Shown: positions 35,721-50,200 of the stretch, piece by piece | Position numbering within the stretch: the stretch's first letter is position 1 | How the letters are laid out: each line of letters opens with the position of its first letter | NCBI GenBank assembly: GCA_038087875.1 | Contig: CM075987.1 | Span: forward strand, 21,950,001 to 22,014,000 | Origin: Malacoraja senta | Lineage: Eukaryota | Length of the DNA: 64,000 nt | Reading direction: 5' to 3' | Program-made: the position numbers and the translations under genes | The notes under the pieces: generated by a model | The model's input: the letters and a program-made list of their open reading frames with translations, nothing else | Told to the model about the DNA's origin: nothing | The model's database searches: none

Positions 35721-38700
35721 CCAACATGCTATGTGCCATAAAGTGCTCTGGTTGGTCTTGCAAAAGGCATTCTTTGTATTTAGTGAAATGTGCTAGGGTA
35801 AAATTTCCTGGCATTGTGGTGCCATTTCATTTCTCCTAGAGTCCTTGAGCAGTAAAAGCATGGATCACATTGACCCTCACTGCCCACAAATGGTACAAAC
35901 ATTAGACTCCCTGAATTGCCATCTAAGTTTGAATCAGGAAACAGCCTCTTAATTTTAAACCGGGCATTTAGTTGCTCTTTTTGTTTCTATAGCCTAAGAG
36001 TAACTCTGAGAGAACGTGTGCTGTCAAATTTTGCTCATGCATGGGTGCTTCAACATTCACCTAACATCCACCTTTAACAATTGTGGCACATATGCTAATC
36101 CTATATAACCATGGTGATGAGGATTTCACTTGACCCCGTCATCTTTTCACACATTAGTAACCCAATGGGAATATCTTCTTTGGGTTGTTAGTTTGGTGAA
36201 CCTCTAATGCAGGACGAGCAGCGAATTATGTGGGCCAGCAGGTTGTACCCCCTTGCTCTCAAGGAAACCCTCATCTGGGAACACAACTTTGCGATGTTTC
36301 TCTGAGCTTGTTGATTATCAAGATGAAACCAATGCTGTTTAGAGATAGGAAATGACATTCAGCACATGTACTACAGTGAATAATCACGCGACTAAAAATG
36401 GAGTTCAGATGCTTGACGTACAGACCATTGCTAGTGAATGATTTATTTTCAATCTGCTTTTGAAACAAAACAAAATTCCAAAACGGGTTATTGTCAGTAT
36501 TTTGGGTAGTACCTAGGTGGAAACATTTTATGTTTTTAGCATTTCAAAATGCAATTATGAATCAACTGATATTTTGATTAAACAATAATTGCTTTCCTGA
36601 AACATTTCTCATTTTAAATAAATGTTTGGAAATTAAGGTTTTTGGACTTGCATAAAAATAGATAATATTTTGGGAGAAGAGGGTTTTGTTTTGCACGGTT
36701 CAAGTGGAATTGTCTTGACTTTCCTAAAGTCATTTTCTTCCTCTCTCCAAATGTTTGTGCACTGTTAGTCCAAGAGTCGAGCTTGAACTTGTTAACCAGA
36801 TACCATATTCACCGCATGGATGAGTTCATTCAAAAAAATGTATTTTAAATCTCAACTCTGAGGAAGGGTATGTGAAGTGACCGTCTGATTTTGTTCATAG
36901 GTAGCAAGGTCACTGACATGGAGATTTGCACTGGTGTTCTTTGGGTTTTTTTGGGTTCATTCTCGTTTTAATCTGATGTGTTTACAATGGTGGTGCTTTG
37001 CTTGTTAGTAAGTAAGCTTAAGTATGGAGACTTGGACAGACTAAAATCAAAGAAACCAGTGTAAGAGTTATGTCAAACCATTGACTCAGTAGTAGATTTT
37101 TAAATCACAGGATGGTGAAAGCTGCTGATGCTTCTGCAATTAAAACCCCAATTTCACCATGTGTGACAGTACCAACTGGTATAATTTAGTTATTGGTATT
37201 TATTATTGGTTGGCTTTATGCTTAACTCTTTTTGATTTCAACAGCCATTGAACTACAATATTATTTTCTGTGTGGACAAACTGGAGGCAGCCACGTGGTT
37301 GCTATTAGGTGGTATGGTGGTGAACCATGAGAACATGGTGAAACTTGGGTCCACTATTATGTCAGCTGCTTTAATGATTGAATGGCTACCACACTTCCCA
37401 ATCTAGGAACTAAATGTGGAATGGAAATCAAGAACATAGGAGGTGGACGAATAGAAGCATCTGCCCCCTGACAATAAGAATGTGGGTGCTTATCGAACAT
37501 GGTTGGTGCTACCCACAGGTAGATGATTTAGCAGTGAATGCAAAGGATTAACGGTTGGATAAAGTACTTGGCATTGATAGAATGATCGCTCTCGAAAGGG
37601 ACCAAGTGAAAAGAGTAGAGTGGAATATTATAGGAAATGGCTCTTGGTTTCTGCTGCTAGGTGGAGGTTTGCAAGCTCTCCTTGTAACTCTGGCCGCTTG
37701 TGTTTCCTCCCACATCCCAAAGATTTGCTGGTGGTAGGATGATTGGTTGTAGTAAACAATCTCTCGTATAGAGTTGATGGTGGGAGAATCAGGGTGAACT
37801 ATGAGAGCAAAGATGGGGTAGAAGGAAATAAGTGGTGGAGTGAGTCAATTGGGATTGCTCTGAGGGGCACCATAGATTTGTTGGTCTGAATAACCTATAT
37901 CAAAAAGTATGAAGTAATAATAGTAAGAACTGACACGAGGGCAGTATGTTTTTTTTTTAAAGTAATGCACTTAATTTTTGGATCTCGCCTTTTCACAAAT
38001 GTTTTAAACAATTCTTCTCATGCACATGCTCATTTATTTATTCTCTTTTACCTTTCCTCACTTTCACACCCAGCAGATATTGATTCAGTCTATTGTAAAG
38101 ACTGTACACTTAAACGTTCAGTGAATTTGCAGAATCTTGGTTAGCTTAATCTTTTTAGATTTGGAAAAGCACCGTGATGCTATGGATGTTTGTGATTGTA
38201 TTTCTTTTGTGTGGTGTGTTGAGAAGTTTTAAGTATTTTTTTAAATTGTAAAATGTGTTTTGCTCGAGTTAGAAATTGCTTATTTTCCATTTCTGGTCAT
38301 GACCCTCAATCCTTTCCTTTTTGTGACTTTACATCAGTCCCTAATGTTTTTTAATTTGTATCAACATTGTCATCTGCAGCAAAATTGTTCATCAGCCAAA
38401 ATATGGCAATTCTGGTCGTCTTAAACGTAGCAGTGATCACAAGTCTAAACAAATATGTTTTTAGTGCTTCATGGAGGATTAAATACAAGATGATGAAAAT
38501 ATGCAGCGTATACTGAGCCCAAGTTAATCACTAGAATTTGATGTTGCTCAGTAGTGCCAAGTTAATTATCCGTTCCTGGTGGGGGTTTTCCCATAAATCA
38601 TCAGTTGTTTTGATAAATGAGTTTTTCTTGTCCCGCTGAGTTGTTTCAAAAGTATAGAATCACTGACACGGCATAAATGCCAGCCTTGGATACGAGCAAT

Positions 38701-41700
38701 AGTTTAGTCTTTCAGCTTGATGCAAAGCTTTCCATTTCATTCTTTTGGATCCTGTATATTTTTCAGTGGATTCTGTATGTAAAGTGTGCATTGTAAAAAA
38801 GAATATTATGGGGAGGGGTCTAAAATTCCAAAACCTTGATATTGCTTTTGAAATCTGGCAGTAAAAGTTGCTGCTGGTTTGACTGGCATGATGCTGACCC
38901 AGCCTAGTGTCTCATATCACTTAAAATAGCCTTAGTGTTTTGATAGGTGTAGAAGCAGTATTATAACAGGTGTTTTTCCACAGCGTGATCAAAGTGCAGA
39001 TTTTGTTCATTTTTGAAATAACATTGTACAGAATGAAGTAATTTACTTTAAGGGCAGACAAATCGTGTAATGTTTGGGTCAGCTCAGAGCAAATAATATT
39101 ATACCCAGGACACTGGGATAGAATTTATCAATTCTAAGTTGGGAGTAGATGCTTGGCAGCTCACAGATCAATGCTTCACAGGGTGGTGTTAACGGTGAAC
39201 CCGATCAGATCTCTGCATAAGGGAATTTGTAATAATCTTTCTTGGATAAAGTAGATTTTTTTAAAGCTGTGATCCTTCTGGTTGGATGACAAACCAGCTC
39301 TCACTGTCTGGTGAGGAACATGTCTGCTATCTGTAAATGTTCCATTGTTTTTATCAATTGAAAAAAAATCTATAATTGCTATTCAGGTACACTATGAAGG
39401 GCTATTTTGAAAAGTGCTTCCTCTAGATGTAGCACGGTTTTGTAGTTTGGCTTCTTGTATTCTGTTAGTGTGGTGTTCACAATGTGATTGCCTTATATGG
39501 TGCACTGTACCTTTTTTATGCTATGTATTGCTGTTTGTAAATTTAAATCAATTTCTAACATGGGGGATAGGGATTGGGAAAGAAGCCACAGGTAAAAGGT
39601 TGATGGCTGCATTATCTTCCTCTTTTCCAAAGATTATTAACATTCCATGCTGAATTGATCATAAATGTTTGAATGGATGTAAGTACAGACCCAAGGCTGA
39701 AAGAATCAAATGCAAAACAAAATGATTTCAATTGGTACATACAGCAGAAATTAGTTGATATATGGAGCTTCGAAGTAGATTGGTTCTCAAGCTCTGAACA
39801 CAAAGTGCTGGCGTAACCCTGGGTCAGGCAGCATCTGGAGGACATGAAAATGTGCCTTTTGGGTTGGGACCTTTCATCAGTAGAGCTGTTGGTGTTCTCT
39901 GCAGGATTCCAGCATCTGTAGTTCCATGTGTCTCTGTTTTTCAGATTGAGAACAATCCCCCTCCAAATAGGTGGAATCTTCAAACTAGGTTGCCCTTTTT
40001 AAGAAGCTATTAGTAGCACATCGGGATCATGTTCAAACAGGCACTTTTATTTGATGTAACAGCCTTGGCTCAGTACATGGAACAGTTACCTTTTCCACTT
40101 CAACACAGAATGTGCATGTACTTTACTCGAGTAATCTGTAATATTTAAAATGGATCCTAAATATAAGGAAATGGATCCTTATTTGTACAAGGGTATGTGG
40201 TTTAAGCCAAGTCTTCTGTCAAGTTACTTTTTTGTGAAAAAATAGGATACTGGAAACTGAACTGGATGGGCAAGATTAATAGTTCAAAGCAAAGTCCATT
40301 GATCTTTTAAAGAGGGAGGTTCGCTTCTCTTAACTCATTGGTGTAATCACAGCGAGAGTCAAGAGTGTTTTACTGTCATGTGTCCCAGTTAGACCAATGA
40401 AATTCATCCACGCTGCACAACAGAATATATAAACATAGTACACTGTAAACAATATAATAAATGAGAGGAAAAAAAGTACAGGCCAACTTAGTGTTTTACA
40501 CGGAGACTGTAACTGGTTTTTGGTATAAATGACGTTGCATTGAATGTTTTAAGCTTCTGCATTGTTACTTTACTCCCAACCCTCTCCTACTTAAACGGGT
40601 ACATTTTATCATTCTATTCCTACTTTTTCCCTGAATGTTTTGGGACTGAATATTTTATACATGGTAGATGCTAATAATTTTCATGTGCAGAATATCTTTG
40701 AGTGGTAGAGGCTGCATTGATGTTGCTCCGCAGCATTAATTTGTGCTAACAGTGCTGTGAGTAATGGGGTCTGAGTGATCTAACAATCTAAAACCATAGT
40801 GCTGAAGGCCAGCTGGTCCATCGTGCAAATGTTGGCTTTTAGTGAGAGCTAGTGCTCCCTGCTCTTCCAGTCCCTAATACTCTAATAAATCATTACAACA
40901 TCTCAAAGACCACTGTCTGTTTTGAGACTTTCACTTGAATCCATCTGCGCGTAGTGCATTGTAAGCCTCTGCTCATTTTGAGAGACCAAAGAGAGTGAGG
41001 AATTTACTTCTAATTCAACCTTATTACATAACTTCTGCTAGCACTAGAAGTTCTATTGTGAGAAATGAAAATGTCAGAGGGACATTTTGGATCAAAATAC
41101 GTTGTTGCATCATGTATTTCATTGGATTCATTGCGATGCTGTAACTCAAAAGGTTTTTGTTCTTTCCATCCCAACTTCCCCCACATGAGTAACACTGTTC
41201 TCCATCAGCACGAAGTGGTTGGCAATGTGAATGGCAATTTGAGATTATCCAAACTGAACATATATTTTAAAGCAAATAAATCTGCTTGAAACTATTTTTT
41301 ACCAGAATGGAATTGGACCCAATGTAAAATCATTTCATCTCCTGTGGGATAAAATAGCAAGCTACTGTCTAATTGGAAATTTGGTGGTTTTAAACTTTGT
41401 TAAGCTGGCTAAAGAAGTCTGTAAGGAAACGTGCATAAATGTTCCAATTGTACTTTATGGCAAATACAATGCTTGCCTGCCATACTATTTTCTTTGCTGT
41501 GGTCTTTGTTTGCCGTGGAAATTATAGAGTGGAGAGACAAGCTGGAATGTTGGATATACATTCTTGGTTTGTATGCAGTGTATCCCTTGCACAGGAGGTA
41601 AACATTTGCAAAGTAGCATTGACAGGATTGGAAAGTGAATGTCCCATCTCCACAAGAATTATGAGTAATAGAATTTTGTACCGTAGAATAAATGTGTGCA

Positions 41701-41932
41701 TTTCCACGCTAGTTACTCACCAGCCTGACAAAGTAGTACTTGATCACATTGTCTATGCTTTCTTGCCATTAGTTTGAAATATACACAAACCAGCGTCCTG
41801 CTTCACTTGTCAGCAGCAAGTGAAGCAGGAGACTTCAAGGCAGGTAGAAGCACATTTAAACTGATCCTCTTGCAGGAATACCACAGCTGATGAGAACACA
41901 ACTCAAAGTGGGTAGGATGCATTTTTAAAGAT

Positions 41933-41938
41933 TTTATT
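41933..41938 (-). terminator. Probable CRAT polyadenylation signal (AATAAA)
   Basis: TTTATT on +, about 2.15 kb past the CRAT stop, with a GU-rich tract downstream on the - strand. Confidence 0.5.
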
Positions 41939-44080
41939 ACATTTAGAAAGATTGGATACAATTTTAAAGTACATTATCAATGAACTTTTACATTCATGGG
42001 TAGCAGTTAAATATATATGTCAAACTGATCACAAATTAAAATATGTCAAACCGTTAACTGTAAAACGATAATGGCAAATAGTGAAATGTAAAATTGAAAC
42101 AAATGAATACTCAGCAGAGCAGGCAGTATGTGGGGAGAGAAAATTTGTATTTCAGGTCCTAATTATGTTGAAAGATCATTGATTTGATTCTCTCCAGATT
42201 CCTGCCTGACCTATGTACTGTTAAGTGTTTTGTTTTTAATATACTAAATCAGTTCCATAAACATGAAATAATCCCTTTTAAAATCATGGGCCATAAAAAT
42301 AACAGGCATCACAATGGAAAATGAACACATTCACAGCAGGACTTTAGATTTAATCACTGGCTTGTTATAGGGGGATATCCAACTGTTCCATGCTCTGGTT
42401 CAGAAAGTTGCAGCTATTGCTTGGGGCACAAATAGGTCAGTTCTGTAAATATTGCTGAAGTTTTAAGAAAATGACCACCTAAGCCACTGTCATCTAAAGG
42501 TCTTCCCAAAATGCACCTTTTTGAAATATGAATTGCAATTCTTGTAATTGTATAAATATTTGTATTTCTCAGTGATAGAATGAGGGACATTTCTTTGGCC
42601 ACCTTGCAGAATCAATTAATTTCACAGAAGGTCCTCTGGGTATTTATGGGATAAAGTAACTTTCCACTTCATTAACAATTAGGCACTTCCTCCCTCCCTG
42701 GATCAAAGCCTTTGAATAACTGGCAATAGCTGTGCAAATTCACAGTAAGCTCCCCTTTAAGACCTGGAGCACTGATATCAATTAATGCATGAGCAGGTAT
42801 GTATTTATTAGTTAAAACTGGCTTAAATATCAGGTAAGTGATTTAAAAGCATTGTAAGTACTAAACCTGCATTTGTGTTGGGAGCACAATAGAAAATTCC
42901 AGCAGCAGCAGCGGGACACATTGGCAAGGGTGCCTATGCAATCTTGTTTTAGCATGCATATTAAATTCAAACAATTTCCAGCTCAATAGTCTTCTTTTCA
43001 TAATTTAGTTATTTAAAAAAACAAAAGCAGTTGTTGAGTGTAATGTCCCGTCCCACTGAATATTTCATAAAAATCATTTAACTACCATGACCCAGTGCTG
43101 ACTCTTTCACTATACATTTCAATATGCAAATGTATTTAATTCCTTTTGAAAGTTACCATTGAATCGGCTCTGCATTAGGCCAGCAGAGACTTAAAGGACT
43201 GAATTACATGGTTCTGGGCTGTTAGAATTCATAATAGACTGCCTTTGCACCCTGCAAGGACCAAACCTATCCTTTTAGAAATATACAGAAAATACACATT
43301 TTACACAAACAGATTGTGTTGCAGCTTGCTGGTGATAAAAAATAAGATGCAAAAACGTATCGTCAGATAATTTGTATTTCCACATCTCCCTTGTGTCTTA
43401 ACCAGCTATCTGAACAGTTTCTACATCAACCATACAGCCAAGGGTATGTGGAGATCTAATGCTGTAATAAAACATTCCTTTTGTTCTAAACTTGGCCTTG
43501 AGTCCTTCAGATATGTTGGGGGGAAATACTGTCATGCTTACAGCAAATATTCACCAGGAATATTTATAAAGCAGCAGTTGAGAATTTTACATACAGTACA
43601 TTGATTAAAATATATTCCCTGGATAACTAGAACCAGCTGGTAATCCTGGTAAGCAGAGGACTGGGTTTCTTTGAATACCTCAAGTTTATCAGCAAAGATT
43701 TGCTGATTTATGTTTTTGCAATCTACTGTTTACTTCAAAACAAGTTGATGCTTATGATTCAGCTGCAGCTCTTTGGATCAGACTGGAACATTCAGGCTTG
43801 TTATACGAAAGGATCTCAAATGTTGGAAGCAAGTGACTATGATCGTAGACAAAGGTGAGACAATTAGCCACGATGAGATGGAGAACAGGCTATTTTTGCA
43901 GCATTTTTTTCTTTAAAAGGCAATTAAAAAAAATAAACTTACATTCTCTCGGTAATTAGTGCCTAGGGAAGAGCACCTTGTGACACCTAACAAACACCAA
44001 CCCTCACAGCATGATCAATTAGCAATCTCATGCCTGGCTGAGGGTAACTCTAGTCCCTCCAACCTCATTACCTGGCTGCT

Positions 44081-44296
44081 TCAGAGTTTTGAGCTGTTTG
44101 TCTGCACAAGCAGATCTCTCATATCAACTAGCGCCTGCTCCAAATAGTGGGCAAGTTTAGCTGCATTGGTCTCTGCACAACTGTTGAACGCAGACACTGA
44201 GAAGTTCATGTGGTTGTCCATGGGGTTGTAGCATACACCATAACCGTCCGGCACGACTGGCCCAAAGCACATCAGGCAATCTGTCTTAGCAGGAAC
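44081..44296 (-). CDS. CRAT: CRAT exon 14 (coding part; C-terminal SKL peroxisomal targeting signal)
   Basis: VPAKTDCLMCFGPVVPDGYGVCYNPMDNHMNFSVSAFNSCAETNAAKLAHYLEQALVDMRDLLVQTNSSKL*. Confidence 0.96.
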   Translation of the reverse strand, partial: VPAKTDCLMCFGPVVPDGYGVCYNPMDNHMNFSVSAFNSCAETNAAKLAHYLEQALVDMRDLLVQTNSSKL

Positions 44297-47200
44297 CTAC
44301 AGAATACACAAGAGTCAATTTAAACTTGTTTTTACCTCCTCAAAACAGAGCCAGCTGCAGAGAGTTAAACTGTAGGGCATTAGGCTTCCTTTGCTACTGT
44401 GAGCAGCATACACTTATGCAATATACCTTGCTGGCTGCCATTTCACCTATTTCTTTTTGCAGTTTATCCACATCTCCTCCAGGCTGAAGACCAATAATGT
44501 GCTGATCTCTCCAACTATTGGTTCAGGATAAAATAGTGCCATAACCTCCAATCAACCCCAGCCTACTGCTGCGAATGGGGACATGAACCACTGTGGTTTC
44601 TACATGGTCAGATAGTGTAAGTTTAAAATACCATAACCTAATCATTAACAGGAACTACAACACTTTCAAATCCAAAGCATCATAAAGGCATAGAATAGTA
44701 CAGCACAACATGCCCATCGCCCCCCCCCCCCCATGCCTGTACACTTATCTACCTGCACATGTCCCATATTCCTATCCCCAAATCTTTTAAATCCCATTAA
44801 CATATCTGCTTCAACCATCGCATCAGGCACTCATCCTCCCGTGTGTTTAAAAAAAGCTTGCCCTGCGTATCCATCTCCTTTTAAACTTTTCCCTCTTGCC
44901 TGTACAATCTCGACATTCCAGGAAAACCTAATAGGAAAATTGAGTCAGCACTCAGTCTTCCTAGTTCATGAACTTACATTGGCTCCACTGTATTGGCTTT
45001 CATCAGTCCCTGTCCCCATCTGTTTTGCTTTTTGATTTCATCCCACCCACCTTAATCCTCACAGATGCTTAACTAGCCTCTGATGCAATGCCTACGCATC
45101 TATTTATCAGTGACAGTGCATCCAAGCCCCTACAGTTAAACACGACTGAAACCTCTCCTCTAACTATTCCTTTGGTCCCAAGGCATAATTGAAAATCATG
45201 GCCAATGTTTTTATTATACCTCAACCAACATCACAAAAGCAAATCACCCACTCATTCATTCCATCGTTGTAATACTGGAAATTCAACAGCCAACATGTGC
45301 ACAAGCAAGTCCAATAAAAGCAGTGACTATATTTCAAAAACTACTTAAGTGCCAGTAAAACACTCTGGGGCATCCCAAGGTTGCATATATAAACATGTTC
45401 AATCTCCCTTTCATTTTCCATTCAGACTGATGGAAAATGAGGGACAATTGTATTTGAGCGATGCAGTATTCTCCCTGAATACACCTGGCTACACACTGAA
45501 ATCACATTTGGGATTCATATGCAATTTTGAAATTTTCTGAATAAGGAGGAAACTGAAGGTCTCACCTGACTGGTTGATAAATTGAAATGAAAGGCAACAG
45601 CATAGGATGTGTCCATGAAGATCTCTGGGATTCGAACCAGATCCTCAATGGCCTGATGTTTAAGGCCAAATAGATGTCTATCAATTGCTTGGCCTCGGAT
45701 TGCCTAAAAACAAAATTATTATCTATCAATACACAATGCTACTTTGTACCACTGCCAGTCTACCTGTACCCATGTACCATGAAGAAGGTCTGAAGAAAGA
45801 TCTCGACCCGAAATGTCACCCATTCCTTCTCTCCAGAGATGCTGCCTGACCTTCAGCAATTTATGTCTATCTCATGTACCATCCCTTGTATGTCCACCAC
45901 CCACCAAAATTACCGCTCCTGCCAGAACTTCACATCTCTGTCATCACCATCCCTCTACACTAGCATTGCTAATAAGCATGTCATCGCTACCCCCTTTCTC
46001 ATTCCCATCCTGTACAACACGACATACTCAAACTGCAGCAATTAATGCCCCCCCCCAACTGTTTTACATTATTTTCCATCCACAACACTAGCACGCTCTA
46101 CCCAGCAATGACGGGATTGATTGCAACTGCTCCCTGAACAAAAGGATCGGTTAAGAGTACTTTGTTTCGTAATTAATGATTTTCAAACAAGGATAGGGGT
46201 ATTTGGGAACAAAGTGGTGAAGACAGTTATTCCACTTACCAGGTCTGTGTAGGCTCTATGTGCTTGGACAGCTTGCCTCATCAGGGCCACTTTATTTTGC
46301 TTCTACCGGTAAATAAAAAATCAAAACATGGTCAAAAATGCACAATGATGAAACGATTAATTCACAGAACCCAAAGTCGATTAATCAGCAATTGAGGGAG
46401 GGAGGAAAAAACAGTTTCAGTTTGCCCATCAAGTCAGCTTGTGGATATAGAGCACGGTTTTGGAATGCGTTGACAAGACAACAGGGAAATGAAGAGATGC
46501 CAGAAAAGCATGGATCAGTTTTTCAAAGGAGTGCTTTAAGGGAGAGATAGATGGAAAAGTTTAGGGATTAATCTGACAATTTAGAATCCAGATAATTGAA
46601 AGCATAACCTATCAATGCTGAAGTGATGGAAATTGGAAAGTGCACGAAAAAAAACAAGAACTGAATGATTACAGAACTTTTAAGTGGTAATGAACATAAT
46701 GGGTCTGTGGTGTAGCAGGGCTATGAAAATAGTCATAAAGCCATCATAGAAACTGGCCCTTTGGCCAAACTTGTCCATGCTGACCATGACGTCCCATCTA
46801 AGCTAGTCCAATTTGTGCATATTTGAACCATATCCTTCAAACATTTTCCTATCCATGTATCTATCCATTTAAAGGTTTTACTATACCCATCTCAATTACC
46901 TCCTCTGGAAGGTCATTCCATACACCCACCACCTTGTGAATGAAAAAATTGCCCAAGATTTCTATTATTTTTTCCCTATCACCTTAAACTCATGTCACTT
47001 GATTCTTGATTCTCCTATCTTGGGTAAAACACTATTCACCCTACCAATTTCCCTCATGATTTTATACACTTCTATAAGATCACCCCTTAGCCTCATGTGC
47101 TCCAAGGAATGAAGTCCTAACTTGCCCAATCTCCCTAGAGCTCAAGCCGTCAAGTCCTGGCAATATCCCTATCACTGCACTACGTCTAGCTTAATGACAT

Positions 47201-50200
47201 CCTTCCTATAGCAGGGTGACCAAAACAATACTCCAAATGTGGCCTCACCTATGTCTTGTACAACTGTAACATAACATTCCAACTTAATACTATGACTGAT
47301 AAAAGGCCAATGTATCAAAAGCTATTACCACCCTATCGACCTGTGATGCCATTTCCAGGGAATGGTACACCCAACTCGATCCCCCTGCTCTGCAACACTC
47401 ACCAGGGACCTACCATTACGAAGGTCCTGCAAATGGCACATTGGAGCTGATGATGGTTGGAGGGGACTGGATCAATTGGTCTGTGTAGTTTGGTACAGGT
47501 TAGGAAGGATCACACATGATAGGTTGAGCATCTCAGCTGGATCCAATTCCATTATACATATAACAATACAGAAGGTGCAATCACATTAGTCCATTCTGCG
47601 TTTTATTTTCTCATTGCTGTGCAGTTTATTCCCTCTGACATAAGCACACCAATTTCCTTTTAATTCTCTGCATCATTAATTGACACATTGATAATTTCCA
47701 GTTGCCAATATACCCACCATCACATCTTCGGGAAACCAGAGCATCCAGAAATCCACATAGTCAAGCAGAGAACATGCAAACTCTGCCCAGACAGCAACAG
47801 TCAAGATGGAAGCTGAGACCTTGTTGCACCACAATTGCTATGCCAATCTGATTGAATCCCTCCCCACACTGGTTACTAAGTAATGTATTTTACGCGAGCC
47901 AAAGGGTTAGATGAACATGGCTTCTTCAGGGAGGAAAAAAATGTACTTGTGCTAGAAAGTGTTCAGAAGTTAACATTGCGCAGTAGGATCTGAGGCAGAT
48001 TGTTACTGCAATAGTCCAGTTATTGGACTAGCATCCAGAGACTTGGTTCATTGAAGCAGTCAAGAATTTCAATTCCACCATTGCAACTAGGGAATTTTAA
48101 TTCAAGTAAAGATGGAATGAAAGACTAATATCAGTAATTGTAATGATCATGATAATGCCTCAGAATTGTTACAAAATCCTACATGGTTCACCGATGAGCT
48201 GCAGGGTAGGAAATCTGCAGTCATTATCTGATCTTGGTTTAAAGACCTCCCAATTTGGTTGGGTTAATTGCTCCAGTTCAGAGATTATCAAGAATGCTAA
48301 GGTGTACAGAAATACCCATCTCCCATGAATAAGGAGGACCATCAGATTCACAAAACATTACTTCGCAACAGAACAGCCACTCAATTCTTGCTGGTACTGT
48401 TTAGACTCCACATAACTTTGGCAAAATTTAAATGTCTCCACCTCAGTAAAATCTGTTACCAGACATACTATCGGTCCTGCACGGATTGTTACCTGTAGCT
48501 CTGAGTTTCAGTCCTACTTCAATCAGTATGTTGTTAACATAATCCAAGATAAGGCATCAGTGCATTTTAGGCAATACAAAATTATCGAAGATGACATTAT
48601 TTTAAACTGAACACTGATCTGCTCCCTCAATATCTCACAATCACTATCATCCTGGCCACACACTCATCTCCCCGCTACCTTCAGGTAGAAGGTACAGGAA
48701 CCTGAAGACTGCAACGTCCAGGTTCAGAAACAGTTTCTTCCCCACAGCCATCAGGCTATTGAACTCAACTCAAACAAAACTCTGAATATTAATAGCCCTT
48801 TATTTGCACGTTATCTGTTTTATTTATTGATGTGTATATATTTATACAATGGTATATGGACACACTGATCAGTTCTGTATTTATGCCTTCTATATTCTGT
48901 TGTGCTGAAGCAAAGCAAGAATTTCATTGTCCTATCTGGGACACATGACAATAAACTCGCTTGAAAGAAGAACAAGAGCATTCTTTTCAGCGTACTGGCT
49001 AACATTGATTCTGCATCGCTAAAGCCGTATATTGCTTTCAGCAATCTGGCTGCTGCATTTCCAACTTGCATCAGGAGCCATTGTAAGTCAGTAAAGGCAG
49101 GAGAAATGGAGAGCAGCATCGGAACCAGATCCCTTCTGACCCAACACCCAATTTAAACAGAGACACAAAGAACTGCATTGGCTAGAATCTTGAGCAAAAC
49201 AAAGTGCTGTAGGAACTCAGTGGGTCAGGTTGCATCTGTGGAAGGAATGGACAGGCAACGTTTTGGGTTGGGTCTGACCAGACCAGCCTGAAGAAGGGAC
49301 CTGATCTGGAACTTTGCCTGCCCATTCCCTCCATGGATGCGGGTCTGACCCACTGAGTTCCTCCAGTACTTTGTTTTACACAATTTAAACTTTTAAGAAC
49401 ATAAAACTGGACACCACAGGAAGACATTTGGTCCATCACGCTGGTTCTGCAATAGATCAATTCCCACTTGACCTTGCTTTCATCATAACTCTTAACTTTT
49501 TTTATTAATCCAATTCCCTTTAGAAATGCATTATTTAACTTGATTCAACCATTATATCACATCCCCTTCTCAGGCTCTGTCACACTTTCATGGCATCAGG
49601 TTAATTAAACTCCAGGACAATCCTGAATTTTATATCTGATATATAATGGACACAGTTTTTTTACTTTACATAACCTTTGGTAATGTCAACCCACTTTATA
49701 CTGATGATGTGAGAGAAGAGAGAGAGAAGTACAGTTTAAGTTATTGCTAACTTCTTTACCCTAGAAGGTTGTTTGCAAAAGGAATGTGGCATTTCAGAGG
49801 TCCAAGTACCTGTTCCTGCGGGTTATCCATGGCACGCACAAAGACTGAGGATTCGACCGAGGCCGAGCGAATTGTGTCAGTGCGCCCGAGTTGAACATCC
49901 GCAGGGAGGCACTTTCGTAGGTTGCACGCTGCTCACCGTATATCCTGCCAAGAGACAGAAGCACAGCAAGGCGATGAAGGGAGGCAGATTTCTGATGTAA
50001 CTCCACATGGACTGGTAATTTGGTGGGGTGGGACGGAGGAGGGGAACTATGCTTTTTTGATGGAAGCAGAGTCTATTTTCAAGCCTGGAAATTTGTGTAG
50101 AAATGGTGACCAGTACATCACCCCTTATCCCTCCAGTCCCTCTCTCGCCCACCAACTCACTCGGTGTTGGTTGTTAAAGAGGAAGGAAATGAGGAAATCA

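Noticed and set aside
49975..50155. Candidate for the missing CRAT exon 9
   Set aside because: No similarity to CRAT in any frame checked, and it lies on the wrong side of exon 10.
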